A stretch of 60,654 bases of DNA from Chitinophagales bacterium. Lineage in GTDB: Bacteria > Bacteroidota > Bacteroidia > Chitinophagales > BACL12. The DNA lies in NCBI GenBank assembly GCA_036734545.1, contig DAIMYJ010000002.1, forward strand, positions 1 to 60,654. Direction: 5' to 3'. Position numbers and translations under genes: made by a program. A model generated the notes under the pieces. The model worked only from the letters and a program-made list of their open reading frames with translations, was not told the DNA's origin and searched no databases. Shown piece by piece: positions 7,930 through 17,602 of the stretch (within the stretch, counting starts at the first letter, position 1; each line of letters begins with the position of its first letter).

Positions 7930-9047
7930 AGATATTACTCATCGGCACGGCCTGGCCATATCGCGGCGGATTGGCTGCGTTCAACGAGCGGCTGATACGC
8001 GCATTCAGGGAGCAGGGCCATGCAGCATCCATAGAAACCTTTACATTGCAATATCCCGGTATCCTGTTTCCGGGTAAAACACAATACAGCACTTCGGCTG
8101 CGCCGGAGATACCCATCGTAAGAACAGTCCATGCGCTAAATCCGCTGAATTGGCTCAGTGTTGGCAACCGGTTGCGCAGGGAAAGATATGATCTGGTCAT
8201 CATCAAGTATTGGACACCTTTTTTGGCGCCCTGTTTTGGCACCATCGCACGTCGTCTGCGCAAGAATGGACATACCAAATGTGTATGCATTGCCGACAAT
8301 ATCGTGCCGCATGAGCGGCGATGGTTCGATAAACTGCTGACACGCTATTTCATTGGCGGTATGGATGCGTTTGTTGTGATGAGTAACAGTGTGATGCAGG
8401 ACCTCGCGCAGTTCGACAGAAAGAAGTTCCGCGCACTCAACCCGCATCCGCTGTTCGACAATTTCGGAGCATCGTGTGATAAGGCAACGGCCTGTGCGAA
8501 ACTGCAACTGGATCCCGCAAAGCGCTATATCTTATTCTTTGGTTTTATCCGCGACTATAAAGGGCTTGATCTCCTGTTGCAGGCCATGGCGCAGGTGCGC
8601 TCTGATGTTTCGCTGATCGTGGCGGGTGAATTTTACACCTCCTCCGCACCGTATCTCGACCTGATCGCATCGCTGCAGTTAAAAGACCGGGTGTTCCTGT
8701 TCAATCATTTTATTGCCGATGAGGATGTGCGCTATTATTTCGGTGCAGCCGATCTGGTCGTGCAACCCTATAAGCATGCAACGCAAAGCGGTGTTACACA
8801 GATCGCCTATCATTTTGAAGTACCCATGATCGTGACCCGCACCGGCGGATTATCGGAAATGGTGCCCGACGGGCAGGTGGGCTATGTGACCGATGCCACA
8901 CCTGCGGCCATAGCCACGGCCATTGACACCTTTTATACAGAAGATAAAGCAGCCTATTTCCGCACACAATTACAGGAAGAGAAAAAACGCTTTACCTGGG
9001 AACGCATGGTGCAAACCATCACTGACCTCTACCGGAGGATCCGATAA
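7926..9047 (+). CDS. Family 4 (GT-B fold) glycosyltransferase
   Basis: 373 aa. C-terminal E-x7-E-like region (QSGVTQIAYHFEVPMIVTRTGGLSEMV) is typical of GT4/GT1 enzymes. ATGA overlap with the upstream GT2 gene. Confidence 0.75.
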   Translation: MKILLIGTAWPYRGGLAAFNERLIRAFREQGHAASIETFTLQYPGILFPGKTQYSTSAAPEIPIVRTVHALNPLNWLSVGNRLRRERYDLVIIKYWTPFLAPCFGTIARRLRKNGHTKCVCIADNIVPHERRWFDKLLTRYFIGGMDAFVVMSNSVMQDLAQFDRKKFRALNPHPLFDNFGASCDKATACAKLQLDPAKRYILFFGFIRDYKGLDLLLQAMAQVRSDVSLIVAGEFYTSSAPYLDLIASLQLKDRVFLFNHFIADEDVRYYFGAADLVVQPYKHATQSGVTQIAYHFEVPMIVTRTGGLSEMVPDGQVGYVTDATPAAIATAIDTFYTEDKAAYFRTQLQEEKKRFTWERMVQTITDLYRRIR

Positions 9048-9060
9048 CACGGAATACGCA

Positions 9061-10368
9061 CTACCGGCGGTTCACTTTTCGCAGTATATAATACAGGGGG
9101 AAACCCATGATGAAGATCAGGAATCCATATCCTGCAGAACGGATATCGCCAATAATGGTATTGTACGTAACAAACAACAATACGATCATGAACAGCGCCG
9201 GGATATACGGATACCCTTTCAGGGTATAACCCGTGTAGGTGTTGTCAGAACGGCGGCGCAGTATGAATAGTGCACCGGCAGCGCTGGCAAGGCTGATACT
9301 GTCGATAAACAGCACATAATTAACGATATCCTCAAAGCTGCCGAGCAGATACACGGAGGCAGCCATGATGGTGACGAAAAAGGTAAGCCCGAATTGCTGC
9401 ACCTGAGTTTTGGGATTCACCTGCATGAATACACGGGGCAATACGTTCTCTTCCGCCATGGCATAATAGACACGCGGATTGCTCATCACGGATGTGTTCA
9501 GGAATCCCAGAACGGAGGTGAACAGCACGATAGAGATTATGGTGCCACCCACACCACCAAATAACGCTATCGCCAGCTCGCGTGCGATCAGCGGAGAGCT
9601 TTGCATTTTATCAAAACCCAGCACCTGCACATAGGTGAAATTGATAAAGAGGTACAGGACGATCACAATACCAACGCCGGTAAATATGGCTCGTGGAATA
9701 TTGGTGTTGGGGTTGATCACATCGGCGCCGAAATTGACCGTTTGCTGATAACCCCCATAGGTAAAGAAAATAGAGATCAGGGCAATACCGAACGCATGCA
9801 TGAAATTCCAGTCATCAGGAACATGTACCGATACCGGTTCGGCATGGCTGCCGAAGATGGCCATGCAAAAAGTCAGGATCATGCCGATCTTCAGGATGCT
9901 TAAGATGTTCTGTGTGCGTGCCCCCATTTTTATGCCCAGCAGATTGATGCCGAATAACAGCAGAATGATGATCAGCGCGATGATCCGTATGGTGTTGGTG
10001 GCGTCGGATACATCAGGAAACAACACCGGTGTGATATATTCTGCGCCGATGATGGCCACGCCGGCACTCGATCCTGCATTGATGATCACCTGACTCCAGT
10101 TCAGCATAAAAGCATATGCCGGATGATACGCACTCGAAAAGATGCGATAATACGCTCCTGCCGCCGGTAACCGCGCTCCGATCTCGGCAAAGGTGAGGGC
10201 CCCGCAGATGGAGATGATCCCGCCGGTGATCCAGGCGGCATAAAAGACCCATTCCTTTCCTGCGCTGGAAGCTACCATGGCGGGTGTGCGGAATATGCCC
10301 ACGCCTATGACCAGGCTCACCACGATCATGGTCAGGTCGAATCGTTTGAGCTGCGGTTGGATCGACAT
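9061..10368 (-). CDS. APC-superfamily amino acid permease
   Basis: 435 aa with about 12 TM segments. N-terminal LVIGVGIFRTP / GALTFAEIG motifs are typical of APC/LAT transporters. Confidence 0.8.
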   Translation of the reverse strand: MSIQPQLKRFDLTMIVVSLVIGVGIFRTPAMVASSAGKEWVFYAAWITGGIISICGALTFAEIGARLPAAGAYYRIFSSAYHPAYAFMLNWSQVIINAGSSAGVAIIGAEYITPVLFPDVSDATNTIRIIALIIILLLFGINLLGIKMGARTQNILSILKIGMILTFCMAIFGSHAEPVSVHVPDDWNFMHAFGIALISIFFTYGGYQQTVNFGADVINPNTNIPRAIFTGVGIVIVLYLFINFTYVQVLGFDKMQSSPLIARELAIALFGGVGGTIISIVLFTSVLGFLNTSVMSNPRVYYAMAEENVLPRVFMQVNPKTQVQQFGLTFFVTIMAASVYLLGSFEDIVNYVLFIDSISLASAAGALFILRRRSDNTYTGYTLKGYPYIPALFMIVLLFVTYNTIIGDIRSAGYGFLIFIMGFPLYYILRKVNRR

Positions 10369-10496
10369 GGTTCAAATGTAGGAAAAGGATGGCGAATGCC
10401 ACCCCGGCCGACCATGAAAAAAAAGAGGCTGTCTCAATAAGGCGACCTCGTTTTTTAATCATTTGATCCTAGAGTCTTGAATGTCCGATGAGATAT

Positions 10497-10653
10497 GCGC
10501 GTGTGCCCGGGTTTCCCGCAGATCGCGCAGATGAGCGCAGATAATTAAAATCTGAGTTCAGCAAGGACTTGCGCGTAGACTTGGGTTTCCCGCGAATCGC
10601 ACAGATGCGTGCAGAAATAATTCAGCAACCAATCTGCGTGATTTGCGGGAAAA
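10497..10653. repeat. REP-like intergenic element: two tandem units of about 60-70 nt plus an inverted partial copy
   Basis: Unit 1 (about 10497-10564) and unit 2 (about 10569-10628) share GCGCGT..GGGTTTCCCGC.GATCGC.CAGATG.G.GCAGA.ATAATT..CAGCAA. ATCTGCGTGATTTGCGGGAAA (10632-10652) is the reverse complement (18/21) of the TTTCCCGCGAATCGCACAGAT core at 10586-10606. Confidence 0.8.
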
Positions 10654-10763
10654 AGGTATCGTACCGATTTGCAAAGACGTAAGTAGTATTATATGATAAC
10701 TGAACATATCACAAGATGGGCACATGCAACGCAGCAAAGTCCCGAGTACTCGGTATCAGCAAA

Positions 10764-10794
10764 TTAAAAAAGGCCGCCCTTTTGAGGCAGCCTT
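10764..10794 (-). terminator. Rho-independent terminator downstream of icd
   Basis: Minus strand: AGGCTGCC..GGCGGCCT hairpin (7/8 bp) followed by a T-run (plus A-run 10764-10770), about 30 nt after the icd stop. Confidence 0.65.
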
Positions 10795-10821
10795 TGTATG
10801 AAATATAGCATTATTAGATGA

Positions 10822-12123
10822 TCACATATTGGCGATGATCTCCTCACCAAACTCGGAACACTTCAGCATGGTGGCGCCTTCCATCAGTCGGTGGAAATCG
10901 TAGGTCACACGCTTGGTGGCGATCGACTTTTCGATACCCTTGATGATCAGGTCACTGGCTTCTTTCCAGCCCATGTATTCCAGCATCATGCAGCCGCTGA
11001 GGATAACAGAACCGGGGTTCACCTTATCCTGATTGGCATATTTCGGTGCGGTGCCGTGTGTGGCTTCGAAAATGGCATGGCCGCTCACGTAGTTGATATT
11101 TGCGCCGGGAGCGATACCGATACCGCCTACCTGTGCAGCGAGTGCGTCGCTCAGATAATCGCCATTCAGGTTGAGGGTGGCGATCACATCAAATTCATCC
11201 GGACGGGTCAACACCTGCTGCAGCGTAATATCGGCGATCGCGTCTTTGATCACGATACCGGCACCGGGTTTGCCTTCCGGAATGATATGCCATGGGCCGC
11301 CATCCAGCGGAACGGCACCAAAGAACTCGCGTGCCACCTGATAGCCCCAATCGCGGAATGCACCCTCGGTGAATTTCATGATGTTGCCTTTGTGCACGAT
11401 GGTCACACTCTTGCGGTTGTTCTGAACGGCATAATCAATAGCAGAATAGATCAGTCGCTCAGAGCCGGAATAACTTACAGGCTTGATACCGATACCTACC
11501 TGCACATCCACATCGCGGTTCGGCACACCTACATCGCGGAGTGCGGCTTCCCAGCTGTCGGTCTTATCCTTGCTGCCAAAGCGGATCTTTTCGAAATCTT
11601 TGGGGGATTCCTGCTTCAGCCAGGTCAGAAATTTATTTACGAGATCGCTGCCTGCGGTCCAGTCAATACCGGCATAGATGTCTTCAGTGTTCTCACGGAA
11701 GATCACCATGTCTACCTTTTCAGGGCTTTTCACCGGTGAGGGCACGCCATCGAAGTAGCGCACCGGACGAAGGCACACATACAGATCGAGGATCTGACGC
11801 AGAGCCACATTCAGGGAGCGGATACCGCCACCTACCGGGGTGGTGAGCGGACCTTTGATACCTACCAGATATTCACGGAACGCATCCAGGGTTTCGTCGG
11901 GAAGCCAGTTGCCGGTTTGATTGAATGATTTTTCTCCTGCCAATACTTCCATCCAGTGGATCCTGCGCTTGCCGCCGTATGCTTTTTGCACAGCTGCATC
12001 GAACACGCGCACAGATGCTGCCCAGATATCCGGGCCGGTGCCGTCACCTTCAATGAATGGTATAACGGGTTCATCGGGTACATGCAGTACCCCGTTTTGA
12101 ATTGTGATTTTTTGACCGCTCAT
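10822..12123 (-). CDS. icd: NADP-dependent isocitrate dehydrogenase (homodimeric type)
   Basis: The ORF-track start at 12201 was trimmed to the ATG at 12123 ([11 protein letters not shown]...). Motifs [19 protein letters not shown], GSxxKPVS-like and [10 protein letters not shown] are diagnostic of Icd. Confidence 0.92.
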   Translation of the reverse strand: MSGQKITIQNGVLHVPDEPVIPFIEGDGTGPDIWAASVRVFDAAVQKAYGGKRRIHWMEVLAGEKSFNQTGNWLPDETLDAFREYLVGIKGPLTTPVGGGIRSLNVALRQILDLYVCLRPVRYFDGVPSPVKSPEKVDMVIFRENTEDIYAGIDWTAGSDLVNKFLTWLKQESPKDFEKIRFGSKDKTDSWEAALRDVGVPNRDVDVQVGIGIKPVSYSGSERLIYSAIDYAVQNNRKSVTIVHKGNIMKFTEGAFRDWGYQVAREFFGAVPLDGGPWHIIPEGKPGAGIVIKDAIADITLQQVLTRPDEFDVIATLNLNGDYLSDALAAQVGGIGIAPGANINYVSGHAIFEATHGTAPKYANQDKVNPGSVILSGCMMLEYMGWKEASDLIIKGIEKSIATKRVTYDFHRLMEGATMLKCSEFGEEIIANM

Positions 12124-12150
12124 AATACAAAATGATTTTCTAAGAAAGCG

Positions 12151-12158
12151 CAAAGATA
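12151..12158 (-). promoter_or_regulatory. Candidate -7 promoter box (TATCTTTG on the minus strand) for icd
   Basis: Plus-strand CAAAGATA is TAnnTTTG on the minus strand, about 27 nt upstream of the trimmed icd ATG. Confidence 0.5.
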
Positions 12159-12245
12159 CGGATACCGCCCGAGAGCGTGCTGATAAATGTGGATTGCGCA
12201 CAGATACCGTTTCTGTATGAAAAATTTTTCAGGTAATCTTACGGG

Positions 12246-13682
12246 GTGAACGGCAAACCACAACTCGACCGGGCCCTGGGGCTGTACACGGCCATTCTGC
12301 TTGTGATCAGCTCTATGATCGGCAGCGGGGTGTTCAAAAAGGTGGCGCCTATGAGTGCTCAGCTGCAGGACAGCAATCTGGTGCTGCTGGCCTGGGTGTT
12401 GGCAGGGGTGGTTTCCATGCTGGGGGTGTTCACATATTCCGGACTCGCATCCCTCACCGAAGAGGGGGGCGGGCAATTCGAATATTTCCGCATCATTTAT
12501 GGACGGCTGTTCTCTTTTCTGTTCGGATGGGCATGCTTTACGGTAATCCAAAGTGCCAGTATCGCTTCCATCGCCTATGTGTTCGCCGAATCGGTCAACT
12601 ACCTGTTCCCGCTCGGTGATCCGCTCGCTGCATGGTCGGATGTGGAGCTTTTCGGTTTGATCTATCCGTTTAGAAACTCCGGGGTCAAACTGCTGACTGT
12701 TGCCACGATCGCCGTGCTTACCATGATCAATTACACCGGTGTGCGCAAGGGTGGTTTGGTGAATAACATTTTCTCCTCCGCCAAGATCGCCGGTATCCTG
12801 ATACTCATAGTGGCCGGGTTGCTCCTGCACGGCACGGTTGCAGCGGATGCCGATCATGCCGTTACACCGGTGGTGCCCGTGGGTGTGGGACTGGTGTCTG
12901 CCATGTTCACCGCTATGCTCTCTGCTTTCTGGGCTTACGACGGATGGATAAACGTATCCTATATCGGCGGTGAGATCAGAAACCCCCGCAGAAATATTCC
13001 CATCGCCATCATCGGCGGAACGGCATTGGTGATGCTGCTCTATGTGCTGATCAATTATGTCTATCTCCATGTTCTGCCTGTATCGGCATTCATAGAGATC
13101 GATGCTGCCGGCTCGCGTATTCCCGCCGCCGAGGTGGCCCATACCCTGATACCGGGATTCGGATATACGCTTGTGCTGGTGCTCATCATGGTATGTACGT
13201 TCGGCGCAGCTAACGCGAGTTTGATGGCTTCACCGCGTATCTATCACCGCATGGCCGGTAAGGGATTGTTCTTCTCTTCTTTTGGTGCGACCCACCCCAA
13301 ATATCATACACCGCATCGCTCTCTGATCTTTCAAATGATCTGGAGTATTCTGCTCGTCATATCAGGTACTTTCGACCAGCTGACCAATATGCTCATCTTC
13401 GCCTCATTCCTTGCTTATGGAAGCGGAGCGGCAGGTCTGTTGTATATGAAATATAAGGGTAAACCGGTGGTACAGGACGACGGCTCCGTGCAACGGATGA
13501 AGATCACCGCCCCTGTGATCGGATTTCCGGTGATACCTATCATATTCCTGTTGTTTTGTATCGCCCTGGTGGTGAACACACTGGTCACAATGCCGCAGGA
13601 AAGCCTGACCGGCCTCGGATTCATCGGCCTCGGCATTCCGTTGTTCTTCCTCTTTCGGAACAAACAGGATAAGAGTATTTAA
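12246..13682 (+). CDS. APC-superfamily amino acid permease (second, divergent paralogue)
   Basis: 478 aa with a GTG start in the ORF track and about 12 TM segments. MIGSGVFKK and FEYF motifs are typical of APC transporters. Confidence 0.8.
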   Translation: MNGKPQLDRALGLYTAILLVISSMIGSGVFKKVAPMSAQLQDSNLVLLAWVLAGVVSMLGVFTYSGLASLTEEGGGQFEYFRIIYGRLFSFLFGWACFTVIQSASIASIAYVFAESVNYLFPLGDPLAAWSDVELFGLIYPFRNSGVKLLTVATIAVLTMINYTGVRKGGLVNNIFSSAKIAGILILIVAGLLLHGTVAADADHAVTPVVPVGVGLVSAMFTAMLSAFWAYDGWINVSYIGGEIRNPRRNIPIAIIGGTALVMLLYVLINYVYLHVLPVSAFIEIDAAGSRIPAAEVAHTLIPGFGYTLVLVLIMVCTFGAANASLMASPRIYHRMAGKGLFFSSFGATHPKYHTPHRSLIFQMIWSILLVISGTFDQLTNMLIFASFLAYGSGAAGLLYMKYKGKPVVQDDGSVQRMKITAPVIGFPVIPIIFLLFCIALVVNTLVTMPQESLTGLGFIGLGIPLFFLFRNKQDKSI

Positions 13683-13709
13683 ATGAACGGTATTCTCCAA
13701 AATAAAGAA

Positions 13710-13738
13710 AGGGGTGCATAAGCACCCCTGTTCTTTAG
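13710..13738. terminator. Bidirectional terminator hairpin
   Basis: AGGGGTGC-ATAA-GCACCCCT perfect 8-bp stem. It is flanked by an A-rich stretch upstream and a T-rich stretch downstream, and sits between convergent genes. Confidence 0.7.
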
Positions 13739-13770
13739 ATCATAACTTCCATTACAGCCATATGGAAGTA

Positions 13771-14667
13771 TTAATCTGTCAGCACAACCAGAAATTTTGA
13801 GGTCTTCCAGAATTCATTCGGATTCTCGATGATCAGTTGCTCAATAGTTTTGTCTCCTTCCACCAGTGTATAGGAATCAGTAGAGTGGGTGGTGATCACC
13901 TTGGCACTCTTGGTGTTGATCGGCAGTTCTTTGAATTTGCGGATATCCACTCGTGTGAACGCGCTGGCATCGAAATTATCCACCAGTTCTTTATTGGCGC
14001 CGATGCCGATGAAGCCACCTTCTTTATCAACGATACCCAGTTCTTTCAATTCCTTGTAGGTGCCGGAAATATAATAGGCAGTATTCAGTTCATCCGTTTG
14101 TTCGGAGATCACCTTGGCCTGCTCGGTGTTTTGTTCTTCCAGCAGTTGCTTTGCAGAGGTCACGCTCGCCAGTTCAGTATTCAGGTTGCTGATCTGGAAT
14201 TTTGCTGCTTCCAGCTCAGACTTCAGTGATGCCAGGTCGGCTTCTTTCTGCGCGAGTTGTTCATTCAGCAGCGCGATCTTCTCATCCAGTTCCTTGATCT
14301 TGAGATTGGTGCCGCGGTATTTCTTGTCGAGTTCGTTCACCAGGGCTTTGTTCTTCTGGATCAACTCGTTGAGGGTGGCGATATTGGCCAGGATATCATC
14401 GCGCTGTTGCTCCTTGGAGCGGCCTTCAGCGTGCATGCTGGCATCGATCAACCCTTCGGTCTTCTTGATCTCGATGAGGGTGTTATCGATCTCGTTCATC
14501 ATGCTCATGTAGGAGCTGATCTCATTTACGGCAGCATCCCAGCCGGCTCTATATTCCGTACTCTTATTCTTAAGATCGGCATTTTCTTTTTCCAGCGCAT
14601 CCAGCTTGTCCTGATTACAGGAGATGATGAACGGCGCAAGAGCAAACAAAAACAGTAACTTCTTCAT
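13771..14667 (-). CDS. Coiled-coil lipoprotein (hypothetical)
   Basis: 298 aa. Lipobox-like N-terminus MKKLLFLFALAPFIISC. Long heptad-like E/K/L/N-rich central region and a globular C-terminal part. Confidence 0.65.
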   Translation of the reverse strand: MKKLLFLFALAPFIISCNQDKLDALEKENADLKNKSTEYRAGWDAAVNEISSYMSMMNEIDNTLIEIKKTEGLIDASMHAEGRSKEQQRDDILANIATLNELIQKNKALVNELDKKYRGTNLKIKELDEKIALLNEQLAQKEADLASLKSELEAAKFQISNLNTELASVTSAKQLLEEQNTEQAKVISEQTDELNTAYYISGTYKELKELGIVDKEGGFIGIGANKELVDNFDASAFTRVDIRKFKELPINTKSAKVITTHSTDSYTLVEGDKTIEQLIIENPNEFWKTSKFLVVLTD

Positions 14668-14846
14668 CGCGTTTGGTATTTGTGGTGTGTTAGTGAAAAA
14701 TCCTTGCCAAAATTACAGATAATAGCAGAATCCTTTGGGGATCGGGGGTTTCGGCCATTATTGACATAAAGGTAGCAGTTGCCTGATTGGGGAATTCCTC
14801 CCCATGATGTGGAAATAGGTGTATGTGTAATATATAGCATACACAG

Positions 14847-14854
14847 TATATTTG
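14847..14854 (+). promoter_or_regulatory. Candidate -7 promoter box (TATATTTG) for ruvB
   Basis: TAnnTTTG match 7 nt upstream of the GTG at 14862. If it is used, the ATG at 14898 may be the true ruvB start. Confidence 0.45.
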
Positions 14855-14861
14855 AAGCGTT

Positions 14862-15890
14862 GTGAAGAATCCCAATCTCGATCCCTCGGGTGATTTTATG
14901 TCCGGCTCCGATAAGGAGTTGGAGAAAGTGTTGCGCCCGCAGGGTTTTTTTGAATTCAGCGGACAGGAACGGATCATTGATAACCTGAAAGTGTTCATCG
15001 CGGCAGCCAAGCATCGCGGTGAAGCACTCGATCATGTGCTGCTGCATGGTCCTCCGGGATTGGGAAAGACCACCCTGTCGAACATCATTGCCAATGAACT
15101 GGGCGTGAACATGAAGATCACCAGCGGCCCCGTACTGGAGAAGCCCGGGGATCTGGCCGGCCTGCTCACCAGCCTCGAAGAGCGCGATGTGCTGTTCATT
15201 GATGAGATACACCGCCTGTCCACCGTCGTCGAGGAATACCTGTATCAGGCCATGGAGGACTTTCGCATCGATATCATGATCGAGTCAGGCCCCAATGCGC
15301 GTTCGATCCAGATCAACCTCAATCCGTTCACGCTGGTTGGCGCCACCACCCGCTCCGGTATGCTCAGCGCCCCCCTGCGCTCGCGGTTCGGGATCACCAG
15401 CCGTATCGAATACTATACCGCCGACACCCTGCTCTCTATCGTTACCCGCTCGGCCGGCATCCTGCATACCCGCATCACCCGTGACGGGGCCTATGAGATC
15501 GCCCGCCGCAGCCGCGGAACCCCGCGTATCGCCAACAACCTGCTCAAACGCATCCGCGACTTTGCCCAGGTGAAAGGGGAGGGGGTGATCGACGTGGAGA
15601 TCGCCCGGTTCGGCCTGACCGCCCTGAACGTGGATGAACACGGCCTCGATGAGATGGATAACCGCATCCTGACCGATATCATCGACAAGTTTGCCGGCGG
15701 CCCGGTGGGCATCACCACCATAGCCACCGCCGTGGGAGAGGATGCCGGGACCATCGAGGAGGTGTACGAACCTTTCCTTATTCAGGAGGGCTACATCAAG
15801 CGGACCCCGCGCGGCCGGGAAGCCACTGAAAAGGCCTACCGCCACATCGGGAAGGTGCCCCCGACAGGAACTTATCGCCTGTTCGACTGA
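14862..15890 (+). CDS. ruvB: Holliday junction branch-migration ATPase RuvB
   Basis: 342 aa. Walker [10 protein letters not shown], Walker [10 protein letters not shown], and RIANNLLKR / RTPRGR winged-helix region. The alternative start is at 14898. Confidence 0.93.
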   Translation: MKNPNLDPSGDFMSGSDKELEKVLRPQGFFEFSGQERIIDNLKVFIAAAKHRGEALDHVLLHGPPGLGKTTLSNIIANELGVNMKITSGPVLEKPGDLAGLLTSLEERDVLFIDEIHRLSTVVEEYLYQAMEDFRIDIMIESGPNARSIQINLNPFTLVGATTRSGMLSAPLRSRFGITSRIEYYTADTLLSIVTRSAGILHTRITRDGAYEIARRSRGTPRIANNLLKRIRDFAQVKGEGVIDVEIARFGLTALNVDEHGLDEMDNRILTDIIDKFAGGPVGITTIATAVGEDAGTIEEVYEPFLIQEGYIKRTPRGREATEKAYRHIGKVPPTGTYRLFD

Positions 15891-15989
15891 AAAGCATCCT
15901 TTTTCCACCGATCGTCGTCTACAGGAGAGGCTCCCACTAATGGGAATTACCTATCTTTGCTAAGCTCAAATTTTAGACAAATTACATTT

Positions 15990-17327
15990 ATGTCATTAAA
16001 ACACATCCTCGCCGCCGGAACCGGTGCCCTCATGCTGCTTACCGGCGAGCTGAACGCACAGCGTAATTGCGATGCTCCTAATACCGGACTGGTGCCTTTC
16101 CTGGATCTCCAGACCGGCACCTACATGGGCTATCAGGCCGGTATGTATCCCGGTGGAACTAACGACCTGACCGGTCCGCACCTGAAAAGCGGTAAAACGA
16201 TCGCCAAGGGTATCAAACCCCTGGATGGCGACGGCAACGTGAACTTTGGTGATGGCGTGGTACTCGTGGCCGGTTTTGGCCCTTCAGTGCCCGGACATAT
16301 CTATAATAAGTTCGTGGAACACGTGCGCACGCCTTCAGAAAAATATGACATGAACCCCTGTATGGATGCGATCAACCTGTGCGTGGGCGGTAAGGATATC
16401 AGCTATCCGACTGCCGACAGTTTGTTCGAAGATTACTGGGAAGGACTGATACAGAATGTCTATGATGTCGGCTACACTCCGGAGCAGGTGCAGATCGGCT
16501 GGATGTATTTCAACGCCAAAGGACTTATGGCGCCACCGGTATTTCCGGATCAATCACTTTCCATGATGGAGTCTTATATCCAATTCATCAATAAAGCGAA
16601 AGAATTCTTCCCTAATCTCAAGATCATGTATATCAGTTCACGTCACTGGGGCGGATATGCTGATACCGATATCGTGGAATATTATTCACTCGCAGAGCCC
16701 ACCTCTTACCAGAACAGCTGGACGGTAAAATGGACTGTTGAAGCGCAGATCAATATGACCGACACGCGTCTGCAATACAAAGGCGCAAACCCGAAGTCGC
16801 CTTATATCCTGTGGGGTCCCAACTTCTGGTGTGACGGCGAGGCAAAGCGCATGTATGATGATAAAAAATACATCTGCGAATTATCCTTCGATGAAGATGA
16901 CGGATACCACCTCAGCGATCAGCAGGATAGCAAAGATGCGCTCGATATCCTCGATGTGATGTACTACGGCGAAGTGGGTAAGCAGTTCACCAAGAACAGC
17001 GCCACCTGGGAGAACTGTGTTCCCTGGCTGGATACACTCGCAGAATTACATGGCTACCGCATGGAAAAGCCCGTGGATTTCGGCGCCCTCAAAGTGTCGC
17101 CAAACCCCGGCACAGGCGAATTCTACATCAGCCTGCCCACCGATAAGGTGCCTGCCAATATCATTATCCTGAACAGCCTTGGTCAGGTGGTGGATGCCTG
17201 GTTGCATGAAGAGAATTTCTCTACCGAAGTATTGGTAGATATCACCGGCCAGCCGAATGGCATGTATTTCGCCAAAGTGATGATGAACGGTCAGGTGCAA
17301 ACAGTCAGATTCCTGAAACAGAATTGA
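15990..17327 (+). CDS. Secreted protein of unknown function with a type-A T9SS C-terminal sorting domain
   Basis: The TTG at 15957 was trimmed to the ATG at 15990 (MSLKHILAAGTGALMLLTGELNAQ signal). The C-terminal ~80 aa (VSPNPGTGEFYISL...GMYFAKVMMNGQVQTVRFLKQN) fits the Por/T9SS CTD pattern. Confidence 0.7.
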   Translation: MSLKHILAAGTGALMLLTGELNAQRNCDAPNTGLVPFLDLQTGTYMGYQAGMYPGGTNDLTGPHLKSGKTIAKGIKPLDGDGNVNFGDGVVLVAGFGPSVPGHIYNKFVEHVRTPSEKYDMNPCMDAINLCVGGKDISYPTADSLFEDYWEGLIQNVYDVGYTPEQVQIGWMYFNAKGLMAPPVFPDQSLSMMESYIQFINKAKEFFPNLKIMYISSRHWGGYADTDIVEYYSLAEPTSYQNSWTVKWTVEAQINMTDTRLQYKGANPKSPYILWGPNFWCDGEAKRMYDDKKYICELSFDEDDGYHLSDQQDSKDALDILDVMYYGEVGKQFTKNSATWENCVPWLDTLAELHGYRMEKPVDFGALKVSPNPGTGEFYISLPTDKVPANIIILNSLGQVVDAWLHEENFSTEVLVDITGQPNGMYFAKVMMNGQVQTVRFLKQN

Positions 17328-17346
17328 TCTCCATACAATTTTTTGC

Positions 17347-17381
17347 AGAGGCTGTTACATATGTAGCAGCCTCTTTTTTTT
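17347..17381 (+). terminator. Rho-independent terminator
   Basis: AGAGGCTG...CAGCCTCT stem, extended by the inner TACAT/ATGTA pairing, followed by a T9 run. Confidence 0.8.
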
Positions 17382-17602
17382 ACCGATAATTCATGATCCT
17401 GTGCATGCAATTGCAGCAGTGCATGTGGTTCTTTGTACCCTGCGGAGATGACAGCGAATTCCGCTTGGGCAAAATGCCTCTTACCCTCCACCGGAATGTT
17501 CAGCCACACATAACCTGCTCCTAACAGGCACTATGCTGTTCGCGGCAGGGCAGCTGACCATTTACAGGTGGCAAGCCTTTTTCTCCCCTAAAAAAATACG
17601 CA

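Noticed and set aside
10891-11739. 282-aa plus-strand ORF inside icd
   Set aside because: It is antisense to an unmistakable isocitrate dehydrogenase, with no motifs of its own.
12120-13142. 340-aa ORF on the minus strand overlapping the APC permease gene
   Set aside because: The product is His/Gly/Asp/Arg-rich with no domain-like features. It lies fully antisense to a 12-TM permease ORF that has clear family motifs. This is a typical shadow ORF of a moderately GC-rich gene.
9061-13682. Two APC permeases flanking icd as a possible functional cassette
   Set aside because: The two permeases are only distantly related to each other, are separately transcribed in different orientations with terminators between, and show no evident metabolic link to icd. 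This is most likely coincidental adjacency.
15285-15908. Locally elevated GC (about 60-70% in sampled 60-nt lines) in the 3' two-thirds of ruvB, with a 207-aa antisense ORF
   Set aside because: I considered a horizontally acquired or mosaic segment. However, the RuvB sequence is continuous and canonical, and the 5' part of the gene is also fairly GC-rich (55-62%). I cannot compute a proper skew. The antisense ORF is a GC-driven shadow ORF.
17382-17602. 220-bp gap with a 43-codon ORF (MILCMQLQQCMWFFVPCGDDSEFRLGKMPLTLHRNVQPHITCS) as a possible gene remnant or small protein
   Set aside because: There is no recognisable family, signal or promoter box. It cannot be supported from sequence alone.
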